64,000 nt of DNA from a virus. The position numbers and the translations under genes are program-made. Shown one piece after another: positions 39,412-49,282 of the stretch; the stretch's first letter is position 1; the number at the start of each line of letters is the position of its first letter. Location: positions 1-64,000 of the IMG/VR virus record IMGVR_UViG_3300032213_002832; one strand, written 5' to 3'. The notes under the pieces are model-generated. The model was not told the DNA's origin, made no database searches, and worked only from the letters and a program-made list of their open reading frames with translations.

Positions 39412-40153
39412 GAAATTAAAGACACTATGGCAGTATGATTGGTTTAAGATTACTTTTTCACTTCTAATTGGAGGTGTAATTGGTGTAGTTTTTTACCCAA
39501 CCAAAACCACTATTGAACGTGAAACGCTTAAGTTAAAAGAAACTTATGAGTTAAAGATTAGTGAGCTACAAAAAACTCATATAGAAGAAGTTGCTAAACT
39601 TAATGAAAAAGTCGTATCTGAAGAGACTACTCGTAAAACAATTGAATCAGAGACCTCTAAGAAACTAGAACTTCTTACTCAAGAGAATAGAAGTTTGAAA
39701 CAATCTAGTAAGAAACAAAAGTTTAAACTAGTTAAACCAGATGGGACAATTATCGAAAAAGAAATGGAGCAATCTAATTCTGAAGAAGTTTCAAGTGTAG
39801 TTACTTCTATTAAAGAAGAGTTTAATGAAAAAGTTAAATCCATTGAAGATAAATGGAAGAAGGTTCATCAAGAGCGTATCGTTGAACTCAAAAAGAAATT
39901 CGATCAAGATATTGAAAAAACAAAGAGTGAGCAAAAGGTAGTTGAAAAGATAGTGGAAAAAGAAAAGATCGTAGAAATTAACAAGAAGAAACTAAGACCA
40001 GAATTAGGTGTTAGTTATAATAAAGACAAAGTCACATTAGGTTATTTCCACCTATCTTATCCTATAAGTGGACCTATCTTTATCGGTGGTGGTGTAAGTG
40101 GCAATCAAACAAGAGTTGGTGAAATTCAACTAGGATTAGGATTAGAACTTTAA
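39404..40153 (+). CDS. Membrane-anchored coiled-coil protein with C-terminal amphipathic beta-strands (spanin-like candidate)
   Basis: N-terminal TM ITFSLLIGGVIGVVFY; long K/E coiled coil; C-terminus ...IFIGGGVSG...IQLGLGLEL. Confidence 0.55.
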   Translation: MIEKLKTLWQYDWFKITFSLLIGGVIGVVFYPTKTTIERETLKLKETYELKISELQKTHIEEVAKLNEKVVSEETTRKTIESETSKKLELLTQENRSLKQSSKKQKFKLVKPDGTIIEKEMEQSNSEEVSSVVTSIKEEFNEKVKSIEDKWKKVHQERIVELKKKFDQDIEKTKSEQKVVEKIVEKEKIVEINKKKLRPELGVSYNKDKVTLGYFHLSYPISGPIFIGGGVSGNQTRVGEIQLGLGLEL

Positions 40154-40154
40154 T

Positions 40155-40514
40155 ATGCCAAAGTATAGTTTTAAATGTGAAAAATGTAGTTTATTACACC
40201 AAATGTATGTACCTATTTTAGTTCAACATGTCGAGTGTAAGGCATGTGGTGGTACAATGCATAGGCAGATGCCAACTCTTAACGGTCCCGCAAATGTACG
40301 TGAGGTTGTAGATAAAAATACAGGTATAACCTGGGGTGATGATCAAAAACAAATGATTCAAGATAGAAAAGATGAGTATTATTGGACAGTAGAAGTACCA
40401 AGATTTGTTGCTTCTGGTACTTATAGTCTTGAAACTATGTTAGAGAATTCGTGGATTCAAGTTGATGATGCTGGAAAAATCCATGTAAATAATAAACCTC
40501 CAAATAAGAGATAA
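40155..40514 (+). CDS. FmdB-like zinc-ribbon protein
   Basis: MPKYSFKCEKC...ECKACGG. Confidence 0.7.
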   Translation: MPKYSFKCEKCSLLHQMYVPILVQHVECKACGGTMHRQMPTLNGPANVREVVDKNTGITWGDDQKQMIQDRKDEYYWTVEVPRFVASGTYSLETMLENSWIQVDDAGKIHVNNKPPNKR

Positions 40515-40516
40515 AT

Positions 40517-42229
40517 ATGAGAGTGAAGGAATTAGAGGTTGAGAACATACTAAGTATCGGACAACTCTCTATCTCCTTCCAAGACTCTGGTCTAGTCTTA
40601 CTAGATGGTTGGAATCATGACGACAACTCTCATAACGGTGCTGGTAAGTCCTCTATCTTTAATGCTTTAGCATTTGCTATATACAATAAGCTTCCAAGAA
40701 AAATAACAGCCTCTGAGATTGTTCGTAGAGGATGTAAGACTGGTTTTGCTCGTGTTGTTTTAAATATAGGAAAAGACGAGTTAGATATTAAGCGTAGTAG
40801 ACCGAATGGTCTAGTTGTTCTTAAGAACAATATCCCTTGCCCTGAAATATCTCAAGAACAATTAGAAAAACTAATCAACCTAACATATGACCAATTTCTA
40901 ATATGTATGTATTCTTCTCAAGTTGAATCAGTAAAGCTACTAACACTTAATGACGGATCTAAAAAGGACTTCTTTTTACGTCTACTTAATTTAGAGGATT
41001 TCGCTGAAAGAAAGAAGCATATAGATGCTCTAATAAAAACTAAAAATACTGAATTATCAGAATTACGCTTATCTCTTGGTAAGGTAGAGGCAAAAATATC
41101 AGCATATAGCGAAAATCTAGTTGATATCGATAGCGTTATTAATAAGATTAAAGAACTTGATTCTAGCGAATTAATTTTGGAATTAGAATCTTTATCAAAA
41201 ATTCAAAAACCAGACATATCTAAGTTTGATCTATTGGAGTCCAATCTAAATAAGAAATTAAGAGATATAGCGATTGCTGAGAGTGGTATACGAAACCATA
41301 ATTCTCTATTAAAGAAGTTAAAGCATGATATGGCTCATATGCGACCTGAGGGTGTTGTGTGTCCACATTGTGATCAGTATTTTATAGTTGATAATGATGG
41401 TGCTGTAACTGAAAATCAATTACAGTTAGAGCATGATAAATGTGTTGATGAAATTGCCACGTTATCTCAAGATGTTTTAGAAAAAGATAAGATTGAAAAT
41501 AACTTACTAAAACTAAAGAATAAAAAATCAGAACTGCTATCTGAATACAGCGATGCCTCTATAAGAAAATCAGAACTCAATAATCTAATAGATAGACGTT
41601 CACACCAAATATCCTCATTAAATGAGAAACTAGAAAAGCAAGCAGAAGCCCTAAGCAAGATAGAAGATGCTAAAAAATTAGTGGAAGCCCTCTCTAATAA
41701 GATGTCTCAACTAAATACAGACATATTAGTATATGAAGCAGTGTCGTCAGCACTTTCACCTACTGGTGCTCCAGCATATGTTGTAGATTCAATTATCGAC
41801 AGGTTTAATGAGAAGGTATCTCAATACGTATCATTGGTTTGGCCAAATGCTACATATATGCTACAGTCTTATAAAGAAAATAAAACCGGTGATGTTAAGG
41901 CTAAATTCAGTGATAAACTGATGATACAGGGAGTCGAAAGCTCAATAGGAAGCCTGTCTGGTGGTGAGTTGCGCTGTCTATCTCTCGCTGTAGATTTTGC
42001 TATTATTGACGTGGTTGAATCAGTATTCGGCATATCTATTAACCCAATAGTGCTTGATGAAGGATTTGAAGCTTTAGACTCTTTGAATAGAGAGCGTGTA
42101 ATCGAGGTCTTAGAGACAATCTCTGCTGATAGGCAGATCTATGTAATAGATCACGCTACAGAAGCCAAATCTATGTTCTCATCCATCATTAAGATAGAAA
42201 AGAAGAACGGCATATCCTCAATTGTCTGA
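40517..42229 (+). CDS. SbcC/Rad50/gp46-like recombination ATPase
   Basis: NGAGKSS Walker A; CPHC zinc hook; LSGGE signature; VLDEGF; IDH. Confidence 0.92.
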   Translation: MRVKELEVENILSIGQLSISFQDSGLVLLDGWNHDDNSHNGAGKSSIFNALAFAIYNKLPRKITASEIVRRGCKTGFARVVLNIGKDELDIKRSRPNGLVVLKNNIPCPEISQEQLEKLINLTYDQFLICMYSSQVESVKLLTLNDGSKKDFFLRLLNLEDFAERKKHIDALIKTKNTELSELRLSLGKVEAKISAYSENLVDIDSVINKIKELDSSELILELESLSKIQKPDISKFDLLESNLNKKLRDIAIAESGIRNHNSLLKKLKHDMAHMRPEGVVCPHCDQYFIVDNDGAVTENQLQLEHDKCVDEIATLSQDVLEKDKIENNLLKLKNKKSELLSEYSDASIRKSELNNLIDRRSHQISSLNEKLEKQAEALSKIEDAKKLVEALSNKMSQLNTDILVYEAVSSALSPTGAPAYVVDSIIDRFNEKVSQYVSLVWPNATYMLQSYKENKTGDVKAKFSDKLMIQGVESSIGSLSGGELRCLSLAVDFAIIDVVESVFGISINPIVLDEGFEALDSLNRERVIEVLETISADRQIYVIDHATEAKSMFSSIIKIEKKNGISSIV

Positions 42230-42241
42230 TACTATAGATAT

Positions 42242-42517
42242 ATGAATGATTTAATATCCAAACTAACAGAACTAAACAAAGCTCTTAAAACAGCTAATGT
42301 TTTACCATCCCCTAAGCTACCTAAGGCACCTACGGCCCCTAAAGTCGGTGATATTCCAGAGGTACCTAAGCAACCGACTTTAACACCTACGTCTCAAAAA
42401 GACCCAATGAAACAAGCCCAACAAGTCCAAGATCCGAGTACAAAGATCCAAGCTGTTAAAATGGCTAAAGAAAAGATTAAATTATCTAAAAATGGACAAT
42501 GGACATTAGAATCATAG
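42242..42517 (+). CDS. Small Pro/Lys-rich protein, candidate internal head protein
   Basis: ELNKA cleavage-like motif; C-terminal KLSKNGQW; leaderless behind TGATACTAT (42227-42235). Confidence 0.55.
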   Translation: MNDLISKLTELNKALKTANVLPSPKLPKAPTAPKVGDIPEVPKQPTLTPTSQKDPMKQAQQVQDPSTKIQAVKMAKEKIKLSKNGQWTLES

Positions 42518-42531
42518 GGTAGAATTGCCCT

Positions 42532-43839
42532 ATGAAAAAGAAGACTAAAAATACTTTCGATAGTTTAAAGAAAGCTAGAAACAAATCTGGAGTTTTACTA
42601 CCAGATTCTGAATCAATGTCTTCAATAATTGGTTCTCTAAAAAGAACGTTTTCAAGATCGCCAATGGTTAGAGACTTCTTAAGTAAGTACAGAAGAGAAC
42701 AAGAATGGTTTAAAAAAGACAATACTAAAGCTAAAAAACCTAAGGTTTTTTATAAGTGCTTTAAATGTCAACAAGAATTTAACTCTAATAATGTTCAGGT
42801 AGATCACATTGAGCCTGTTGTACCAGTTAATATACCAGCCAAACACTTATCTATGAATACATTGATTGATCGTCTTTTTTGTGATGAAAGTAATCTACAA
42901 ATATTATGTAAAGAACACCATAACGAGAAAAGCAAATTAGAAAATGAATTGCGAAAAGAATGGGTTTCAAAAGTTAAATTTATAGTTTATCAAACTACAA
43001 ATAAAATTAATTATAAGAAATATATAGGTATTCACAAGTGTCAAGACTATGATGACGGATATATGGGGAGTGGTACGGCTTTTAAAGCTGCTCTTAGTAA
43101 ATATGGTAAGTCTAATTTTTATAGACATATATTATTTGTTTACGATAACGCAGAAGACGCTCTTAATAAAGAAAGAGAACTAGTTAATGATGATATAGTA
43201 AATTCTGATGAGTACTATAATCTAATAAATGGAGGATTATATAATAAAGATCATAGAGATGCCGACTCTAAAATAGAAATTATATGTCATGAAACTAAAG
43301 AGGTGTTTGAATCTATAACTTCTGCCGCTGGGGCAATAAGTATTAGTATTAGTAGTATTTGTAAAGTACTTGATAATCCAAATGAAACTGCTAAGAATCT
43401 ACATTTTTTTAATTTATTGTCATATAACCCTAACACTATAGTTTCCTATCCCAAAAACGGTAAAAGTATTATCCACTTAAATTCAAATACAGAATATGAC
43501 TCCATCGAAAAAGCTGCTACAGCACTATCATTAAATTACAAAAGTTTAAGAAATGCCTTAATAGAAGAAAATGAAGATGAAGTTTTTGAGTTAAAAGATC
43601 ATTTTTTCTTATATAAAGAAGATTATGTGCCTGATAAACAATATTTTAAAACTATAAAAAAAGTTAAGTGTATTCAATTAGATAAGACTTTCGACACACT
43701 CTCAGAAGCAGCCACCTTCTTAAAGCATAAAAACCCTATACATGGTGGTATAGCTATAGGTAAATCCATTATAAAAGAAACGAAAGCATATGGCTATAAC
43801 TGGCAATGGATAGTAGAAAAACTTCCAATTAGGCAATAA
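42532..43839 (+). CDS. HNH + GIY-YIG (Seg-like) + NUMOD1 repeats fusion endonuclease
   Basis: CFKC...QVDHIEP...NLQILCKEHH; IVYQTTNKINYKKYIG...YMGSG; three F/YxSIxxAA repeats. Confidence 0.8.
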   Translation: MKKKTKNTFDSLKKARNKSGVLLPDSESMSSIIGSLKRTFSRSPMVRDFLSKYRREQEWFKKDNTKAKKPKVFYKCFKCQQEFNSNNVQVDHIEPVVPVNIPAKHLSMNTLIDRLFCDESNLQILCKEHHNEKSKLENELRKEWVSKVKFIVYQTTNKINYKKYIGIHKCQDYDDGYMGSGTAFKAALSKYGKSNFYRHILFVYDNAEDALNKERELVNDDIVNSDEYYNLINGGLYNKDHRDADSKIEIICHETKEVFESITSAAGAISISISSICKVLDNPNETAKNLHFFNLLSYNPNTIVSYPKNGKSIIHLNSNTEYDSIEKAATALSLNYKSLRNALIEENEDEVFELKDHFFLYKEDYVPDKQYFKTIKKVKCIQLDKTFDTLSEAATFLKHKNPIHGGIAIGKSIIKETKAYGYNWQWIVEKLPIRQ

Positions 43840-43914
43840 AATATCAAAATATATTTAAAAAGCAATATAAAATAATTTCGTATAATCATTTTGATAATTT
43901 TATAAGGAGATATC

Positions 43915-44199
43915 ATGTCTGTAGATTTAGGTAAAGCAAAGAAAATATTAAGCAAAGCGTTTCTTGATACCAACAGTTCAGTTACAGAGGCTCAAGCTAA
44001 TAGCATGGTTGTAAAATCTGAAATGACTATTAAAGAAATCAGAGAAGAAATGAATGCTAACGAAAGCCTTGCTGCTGCTCAGCAAATTGTTGCAGATCTT
44101 AAAAAGAGTTACAAAAGTGCAATTGAGTATGAAGAAGCTAAGATCCAGTTTTTATTAACAAAGATTGAAGAACTACAGCAAAGTATTGTAACTAAATAA
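43915..44199 (+). CDS. Hypothetical coiled-coil protein
   Basis: SD AAGGAG; GTATAAT at 43880-43886. Confidence 0.6.
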   Translation: MSVDLGKAKKILSKAFLDTNSSVTEAQANSMVVKSEMTIKEIREEMNANESLAAAQQIVADLKKSYKSAIEYEEAKIQFLLTKIEELQQSIVTK

Positions 44200-44256
44200 G
44201 TGTTTGACTTAAAAGTGGTGATATAATGTACTATCCAAACTCCCGGAGATTACATT

Positions 44257-44589
44257 ATGTCACTTAGAACTACATATACTGGTGCACTTGATACCAAACT
44301 TGCAGAAGCAAGGGCCGCTGGCAATACATTTATAGTTACAACCAACACCGTAGCAATAGACACAGGATTGGCTACAGCTGCTGGTAGAGGACAGAAGAAA
44401 TTCACTCTAACCTACCCAGTTTCCTACCAACCATCAGATCTAAGATTACTAGGCCCTCTATGGGAAGCTTTTAAAACCGGTGTAATACAAGGTTTAGCCT
44501 CACAAGACATTATGGGTAATGAGGTCACTGTTAAACTCAATACTGCTGATACTGTAACTACCTCTGTTGATCTAGTTTTCGCATTCTAA
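44257..44589 (+). CDS. Hypothetical protein in its own transcription unit (possible virion protein)
   Basis: TGATATAAT at 44219-44227 upstream and a terminator downstream; T/A/G-rich composition. Confidence 0.6.
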   Translation: MSLRTTYTGALDTKLAEARAAGNTFIVTTNTVAIDTGLATAAGRGQKKFTLTYPVSYQPSDLRLLGPLWEAFKTGVIQGLASQDIMGNEVTVKLNTADTVTTSVDLVFAF

Positions 44590-44613
44590 AATATAAATAT
44601 AAACAATAATTTT

Positions 44614-44640
44614 AGGCGCCATTTGGCGCCTTTATTATTT
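44614..44640 (+). terminator. Rho-independent terminator
   Basis: AGGCGCCA-tt-TGGCGCCT followed by a T-rich tail. Confidence 0.75.
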
Positions 44641-44679
44641 GTAAAAATGTACAATCTAAACACATAAACGGAGATTTTA

Positions 44680-47600
44680 ATGTCGAACTTCTTGTGGATT
44701 GACTCAGAAACAACTGGACTTTACCCAGAAAAAAATGATATAGTACAATTAGCATGTATACCAGTTATTCTTGGTAAAGAACAAAAGGCATTTAATCAAT
44801 TTTGTAAACCAGTAAATTGGGATAAGATTGATGCTATTGCAGTTAGTGTACATGGTATCACTGTTGATAGAATGCATACCTTTCAAGAACCTGAGGCTAT
44901 GCTTGATAGTTTTATTGCGTATTTGAGATCATTTAATACAAAATTCGTAATTGCCGGATACAATGTCAATTTCGACAAGCGCTTTCTAAGCTCATTCTTT
45001 ACCCGTAATGGTAAAGCATCTGAATTCTTTGAATTGTTTGAAATTCAAGTTCATGATACATATACTAGAGCTCAAAAAGTAAGAAGTCTACTTAAGACTG
45101 AAAATCTAAAATTAGCTACACTTTCAAAGCATTTCAATATTGAAATCAATGCTCACGAAGCGATGTCAGATATTGAGGCTACTATTAAGGTAGATAAAGA
45201 GATTGGTAGTTTATTAGGTGAAGAGAAAATAGTTGAAGAAATAGTAGAAGTTTATAAAGAAATTCAGCTAAACACCAAGTTTAAAGAACCAGCACAATTA
45301 CATTTACATTCTATGTATGGCATGGCTGAATCTGTACCTTCAGTCGAAGAGTGGATCCAATGGTGTAAAGATACAAAAACACCAGGATTTAGCATAGTAG
45401 ACCATGGTCCTGCTATCGCTACATATCATATGATAAACGAGAAAGACCCAGACGTAGTTGGTATTCCTGGTGTTGGAATATACATGTACGAAGATAAGAA
45501 CCCAGACTTATTGTTTCCAATGAACGTTTGGGCTACTAATACTGATGGCTATTTTAATCTAATGAAACTAGCCTCATTAGGATATGAAGAACAGGTTGTT
45601 ATAGATAAAGTTACTTATCCAAAATTGAAAGTAGAAACTGTTAATCAATATAAGGCAGGTTTAGCTTTTGGTGTTGCCGATGTATATGGTCCAATAGGTC
45701 AAGCTATATTAGACGGTAATAATGCCGAGGCGGTCAGTAGATTTGACGTATATTTGAATAATTTCAAAGACCAGATGTATATAGAATTTAATCCAGTATC
45801 AATTAAAGAGACTTTCTCTACAAAGAACGGTTTTCAGAAGATAAAGAAAAATAAGCTTATTATAAATGGCGATTTGAATATGGCATATAACTTATTCTTA
45901 TCTCAAATGGTTGACAAGTACCAATTACGTTGCGTACCGGTTAGTGGAGCTCACTTTATAGCCCCAGGCGATAAGCTTATACAAGAATGTATATCCCGTA
46001 ACTCATTTGAGAGTGGCAAAAGCTATACAGAGTCATATCACGCAAAAACTGCAGAGCAATTATATAAAGAACTTAAGCACCAATTAAAAGATTGGTTGAC
46101 AGAGGATATGTTTAAGGATTGGATTGATAATACTCATAGCATTATGGAAACAGCTAAAACAATTGAAGTTAAATTCGATTATCATATGCCAAAGATCGAA
46201 ATTCCAGCTAATATAGCAGCACAGACCAGTGATTATAATGAACAAACCAGATTGTTAGCTATAGCCTTAGCTAAAGCTCATAATAGATGGAGTGACGATC
46301 CAATATACGTTGAGAGATTCAATAAAGAATTAGATGTAATCATGAATAATGAAGCAACTAATTTCTTACCATATTTTTTACTATATGAAGATATATGTAC
46401 CTATGCTAGATCTATCGGCATTTTACAGAATATAGGTCGTGGATCAGCAGGCGGATGCTTATTATCCTACTATCTCAAAATTATCCACATAGATCCTATT
46501 AAGGCAAAACTACCATTCGAAAGATTCTTGTCTCATGCTCGTATTAGAGCAAAATCGTTTCCAGATATTGACTGTGACTTTGGTGATAGAACAAAAATAC
46601 TTGCATACTTAGAAGAGAAGTACAAGACAGGTTTTGCTCAAATTGGTACGCTTCTAAAAATGAAAACCAAGTATGCTATTAAAGATGCTATGTGGGCTCT
46701 TTATGGTAGAAATCGTGAAGATTTTGAAATCAAACAACTATGTGAATTAATACCAGATTCTCCCCAAGGTGTAGATGAGTATGACTTTATTTACGGCTTT
46801 ACCGATAAAGAAGGAACCGTACACCCTGGTGTAGTCGAGCTTTTTCCAGATATAGCTGCATTTTTCCAACAATATCCTCAGGTTGAACAGATGGTTAAGC
46901 GTCTAATTGGTATCCCTAGAGGTTGGGGTAGACATGCCTCTGCATTCGTTGTCTCAACTATTGACCTATCTGCTACTAGATTACCAACAATGCACACCTT
47001 GGATGCCAATACTGGTCAAATGATAAGAGTAACACAGTACGAAGCACATATGGTAGAAAAGTGTGGTCTAGTAAAAGCAGACATACTTGGTGTTGTTACC
47101 ATTAACATGGTTTCTGATTGTATAGAACTTGTAAAACAAAGATATGGCATAGATTACCTAAAAGAAGATAAGGGTGTATCTTTCATATACAGGTTGCCAG
47201 AAGATAAGAACGTATATGTAGATTTTAGAAATAAGAAAACGGATTCATCATTCCAGTTCAACTCATCTATTATTAAATCTGTAATCTATGATTTTGATCC
47301 AAAAACAAAAGAACAGCTTTCAATTATGACAGCCCTTATGAGACCAGGTTCAATGGATGTGCAGATGGATGTAGACGCTGTTAGTGGAAAAATAGATGAC
47401 CCTGAAGCAAAAACTATGTCAGCTGCTAATTTCTATATCTCAGTTAGAAAAGGCTCCTCAGATCCTTACTATATTCATAAAGATCTTGAACCTATCTTAA
47501 ATGAAACTTATGGGGTTATCGTATACCAAGAACAAGTTATGTCAATTCTAGTCGCAATCTGTGGATATACCTTAGAAGAAACAGATACTATTAGAAGTGC

Positions 47601-48735
47601 TATTGCTAAAAAGAAGCACGACGTTATGATGGCTTGTTTTACTAGGGTTAGAGAGAACTGTGCTAAACGAAACTGGTCACCAAAGCAAGCGGATGCATTA
47701 TGTGATCAGATTATGGCATTCTCAAGATACTCTTTCAACAGGTCTCACTCCAGATGTTATGCCGAACTAGGCTATATAACTATGTTCCTAAAGCACCATC
47801 ACCCACTAGAGTGGTGGACTTCTGTACTAAACAATACAGACAAAGAAGAAAAACTACGCCCCTATGTTGCGCTGTTGGGCCCAATAATTAGACCACCCTC
47901 TTTATCGATACCTACAGAAAAATTTGCAATTATCGGTAACACTATTGTAGCCCCATTGTCTGTAGTTAAAAAAGTAGGCCCATCGTCTGTGCGTGAGCTA
48001 GTTACAAAAGGTCCATTTAATAGTTTAAGTGACTATATAACAAAAGTAGCACATAATAAAGTAAATATCGGACATTTCATTGCCCTTATTAATGCAAGAG
48101 CTGCAGATTCATTAATGGACAGCACTTTACCCTATATAGATGCTAGAAAACAACTAATAATGGATTATGTTGCATTACGCAAACTAAAGCGAGATATTAC
48201 AGAATTTGATAGTATCACTGCAATAGATGTCTTTTTATTAGAGCGTGAATACAATAAATGTTTTAATAAAACACTAGTAGAAGATGAGTCATTACAGGGG
48301 ATGATTCAAGAAGCAATGCCAATGATAGTGAAAACTCATAGAACTGGCATACCTCTATATTATGGTAGGGATATACCTATTATTTCTGGCTATAAGATGG
48401 CAGATGGTTTGGCTAAAAAACAATATGATAAAGAAGTTGCTATGATTCTTTTATTTCAAGATTCTTTACATAAAAGCGGCAAATCAAAGAAAAACAATAA
48501 AGAGTATAATTTCGTTAAGGTAAATCTATCCGATGGAAACAATATTATTGAATGTACTTGGTGGGATAAGAAGAGAGCACTAAATTGGCCCAAAAATAGT
48601 ATCGTGTTTGTTAAGGGTACATTACAAGAGGGCTGGAAAGGCTCTGTCCAATTAACAGTAAAAGAAATGGAGAAAATCATCGATGTCAAGATTCTTAGTA
48701 GTGAAGACAGCACCAGAAAATCTGCAAGAGCATGA
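44680..48735 (+). CDS. dnaE: DNA polymerase III alpha (DnaE) with N-terminal DEDDh 3'-5' exonuclease
   Basis: IDSETTG/GYNVNFD/AHEAMSD exonuclease motifs; PHP HLHS; GRGSAGG, FERFL, FPDIDCDF, RHASA, KADILG, YQEQVM, YSFNRSHS; C-terminal OB fold. Confidence 0.93.
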   Translation: MSNFLWIDSETTGLYPEKNDIVQLACIPVILGKEQKAFNQFCKPVNWDKIDAIAVSVHGITVDRMHTFQEPEAMLDSFIAYLRSFNTKFVIAGYNVNFDKRFLSSFFTRNGKASEFFELFEIQVHDTYTRAQKVRSLLKTENLKLATLSKHFNIEINAHEAMSDIEATIKVDKEIGSLLGEEKIVEEIVEVYKEIQLNTKFKEPAQLHLHSMYGMAESVPSVEEWIQWCKDTKTPGFSIVDHGPAIATYHMINEKDPDVVGIPGVGIYMYEDKNPDLLFPMNVWATNTDGYFNLMKLASLGYEEQVVIDKVTYPKLKVETVNQYKAGLAFGVADVYGPIGQAILDGNNAEAVSRFDVYLNNFKDQMYIEFNPVSIKETFSTKNGFQKIKKNKLIINGDLNMAYNLFLSQMVDKYQLRCVPVSGAHFIAPGDKLIQECISRNSFESGKSYTESYHAKTAEQLYKELKHQLKDWLTEDMFKDWIDNTHSIMETAKTIEVKFDYHMPKIEIPANIAAQTSDYNEQTRLLAIALAKAHNRWSDDPIYVERFNKELDVIMNNEATNFLPYFLLYEDICTYARSIGILQNIGRGSAGGCLLSYYLKIIHIDPIKAKLPFERFLSHARIRAKSFPDIDCDFGDRTKILAYLEEKYKTGFAQIGTLLKMKTKYAIKDAMWALYGRNREDFEIKQLCELIPDSPQGVDEYDFIYGFTDKEGTVHPGVVELFPDIAAFFQQYPQVEQMVKRLIGIPRGWGRHASAFVVSTIDLSATRLPTMHTLDANTGQMIRVTQYEAHMVEKCGLVKADILGVVTINMVSDCIELVKQRYGIDYLKEDKGVSFIYRLPEDKNVYVDFRNKKTDSSFQFNSSIIKSVIYDFDPKTKEQLSIMTALMRPGSMDVQMDVDAVSGKIDDPEAKTMSAANFYISVRKGSSDPYYIHKDLEPILNETYGVIVYQEQVMSILVAICGYTLEETDTIRSAIAKKKHDVMMACFTRVRENCAKRNWSPKQADALCDQIMAFSRYSFNRSHSRCYAELGYITMFLKHHHPLEWWTSVLNNTDKEEKLRPYVALLGPIIRPPSLSIPTEKFAIIGNTIVAPLSVVKKVGPSSVRELVTKGPFNSLSDYITKVAHNKVNIGHFIALINARAADSLMDSTLPYIDARKQLIMDYVALRKLKRDITEFDSITAIDVFLLEREYNKCFNKTLVEDESLQGMIQEAMPMIVKTHRTGIPLYYGRDIPIISGYKMADGLAKKQYDKEVAMILLFQDSLHKSGKSKKNNKEYNFVKVNLSDGNNIIECTWWDKKRALNWPKNSIVFVKGTLQEGWKGSVQLTVKEMEKIIDVKILSSEDSTRKSARA

Positions 48736-49210
48736 ATTTGTAATAGGTAAACCTGATTTTTATGAACAAATTAGTAAAAGCAAAACAAAGAAACCAAAAT
48801 CTTCTCAAATGACAGTTAACTACTTGCGTGAAGTAATTGCATCGGTAGGGCAAAAGTATATGGGTGAAGATTTTGATGCTTTACTTAGTATCAATGTTAG
48901 TAAATTTATTGGAGTACCATGTAGTACAGATAAGGAAGTCCACGATGTTCTTATTAAAGCATTTGACGAGCAGTGCCCAAAGATCCTATCATCTTATGTA
49001 CAACATTGCTTTAAACAGCGTCCTTCTAGAACAAATGTCATTTACTATACTTGGAACCCTAAGTATGCTACTAAATTAGCAGAGTATGGGTGGGAGCAAG
49101 TAAGCCAAAAAGATCTAGAAGATGAACGATCTGGTAAGCAGAAGAAGGTGGTTGGCAAACCTGCAATTACTGCTGAGCAAGCCGCTTCTTTAGATGTAAA
49201 TAATAAATAA
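48683..49210 (+). CDS. Hypothetical protein
   Basis: 175 aa overlapping the dnaE 3' end; SD GGAG. Confidence 0.55.
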   Translation: MSRFLVVKTAPENLQEHEFVIGKPDFYEQISKSKTKKPKSSQMTVNYLREVIASVGQKYMGEDFDALLSINVSKFIGVPCSTDKEVHDVLIKAFDEQCPKILSSYVQHCFKQRPSRTNVIYYTWNPKYATKLAEYGWEQVSQKDLEDERSGKQKKVVGKPAITAEQAASLDVNNK

Positions 49211-49282
49211 CCTTTTTAATATAAAAATTGGTATAAAAATATCGTAAATCAACAAATGTCAATTATGACAAAGGAGTAAACA

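Noticed and set aside
44204-44227. Canonical -35/-10 promoter (TTGACT...TATAAT)
   Set aside because: The spacer is only 12 bp; pairing with TACTAT at 44229 gives 19 bp, so it is ambiguous and not called
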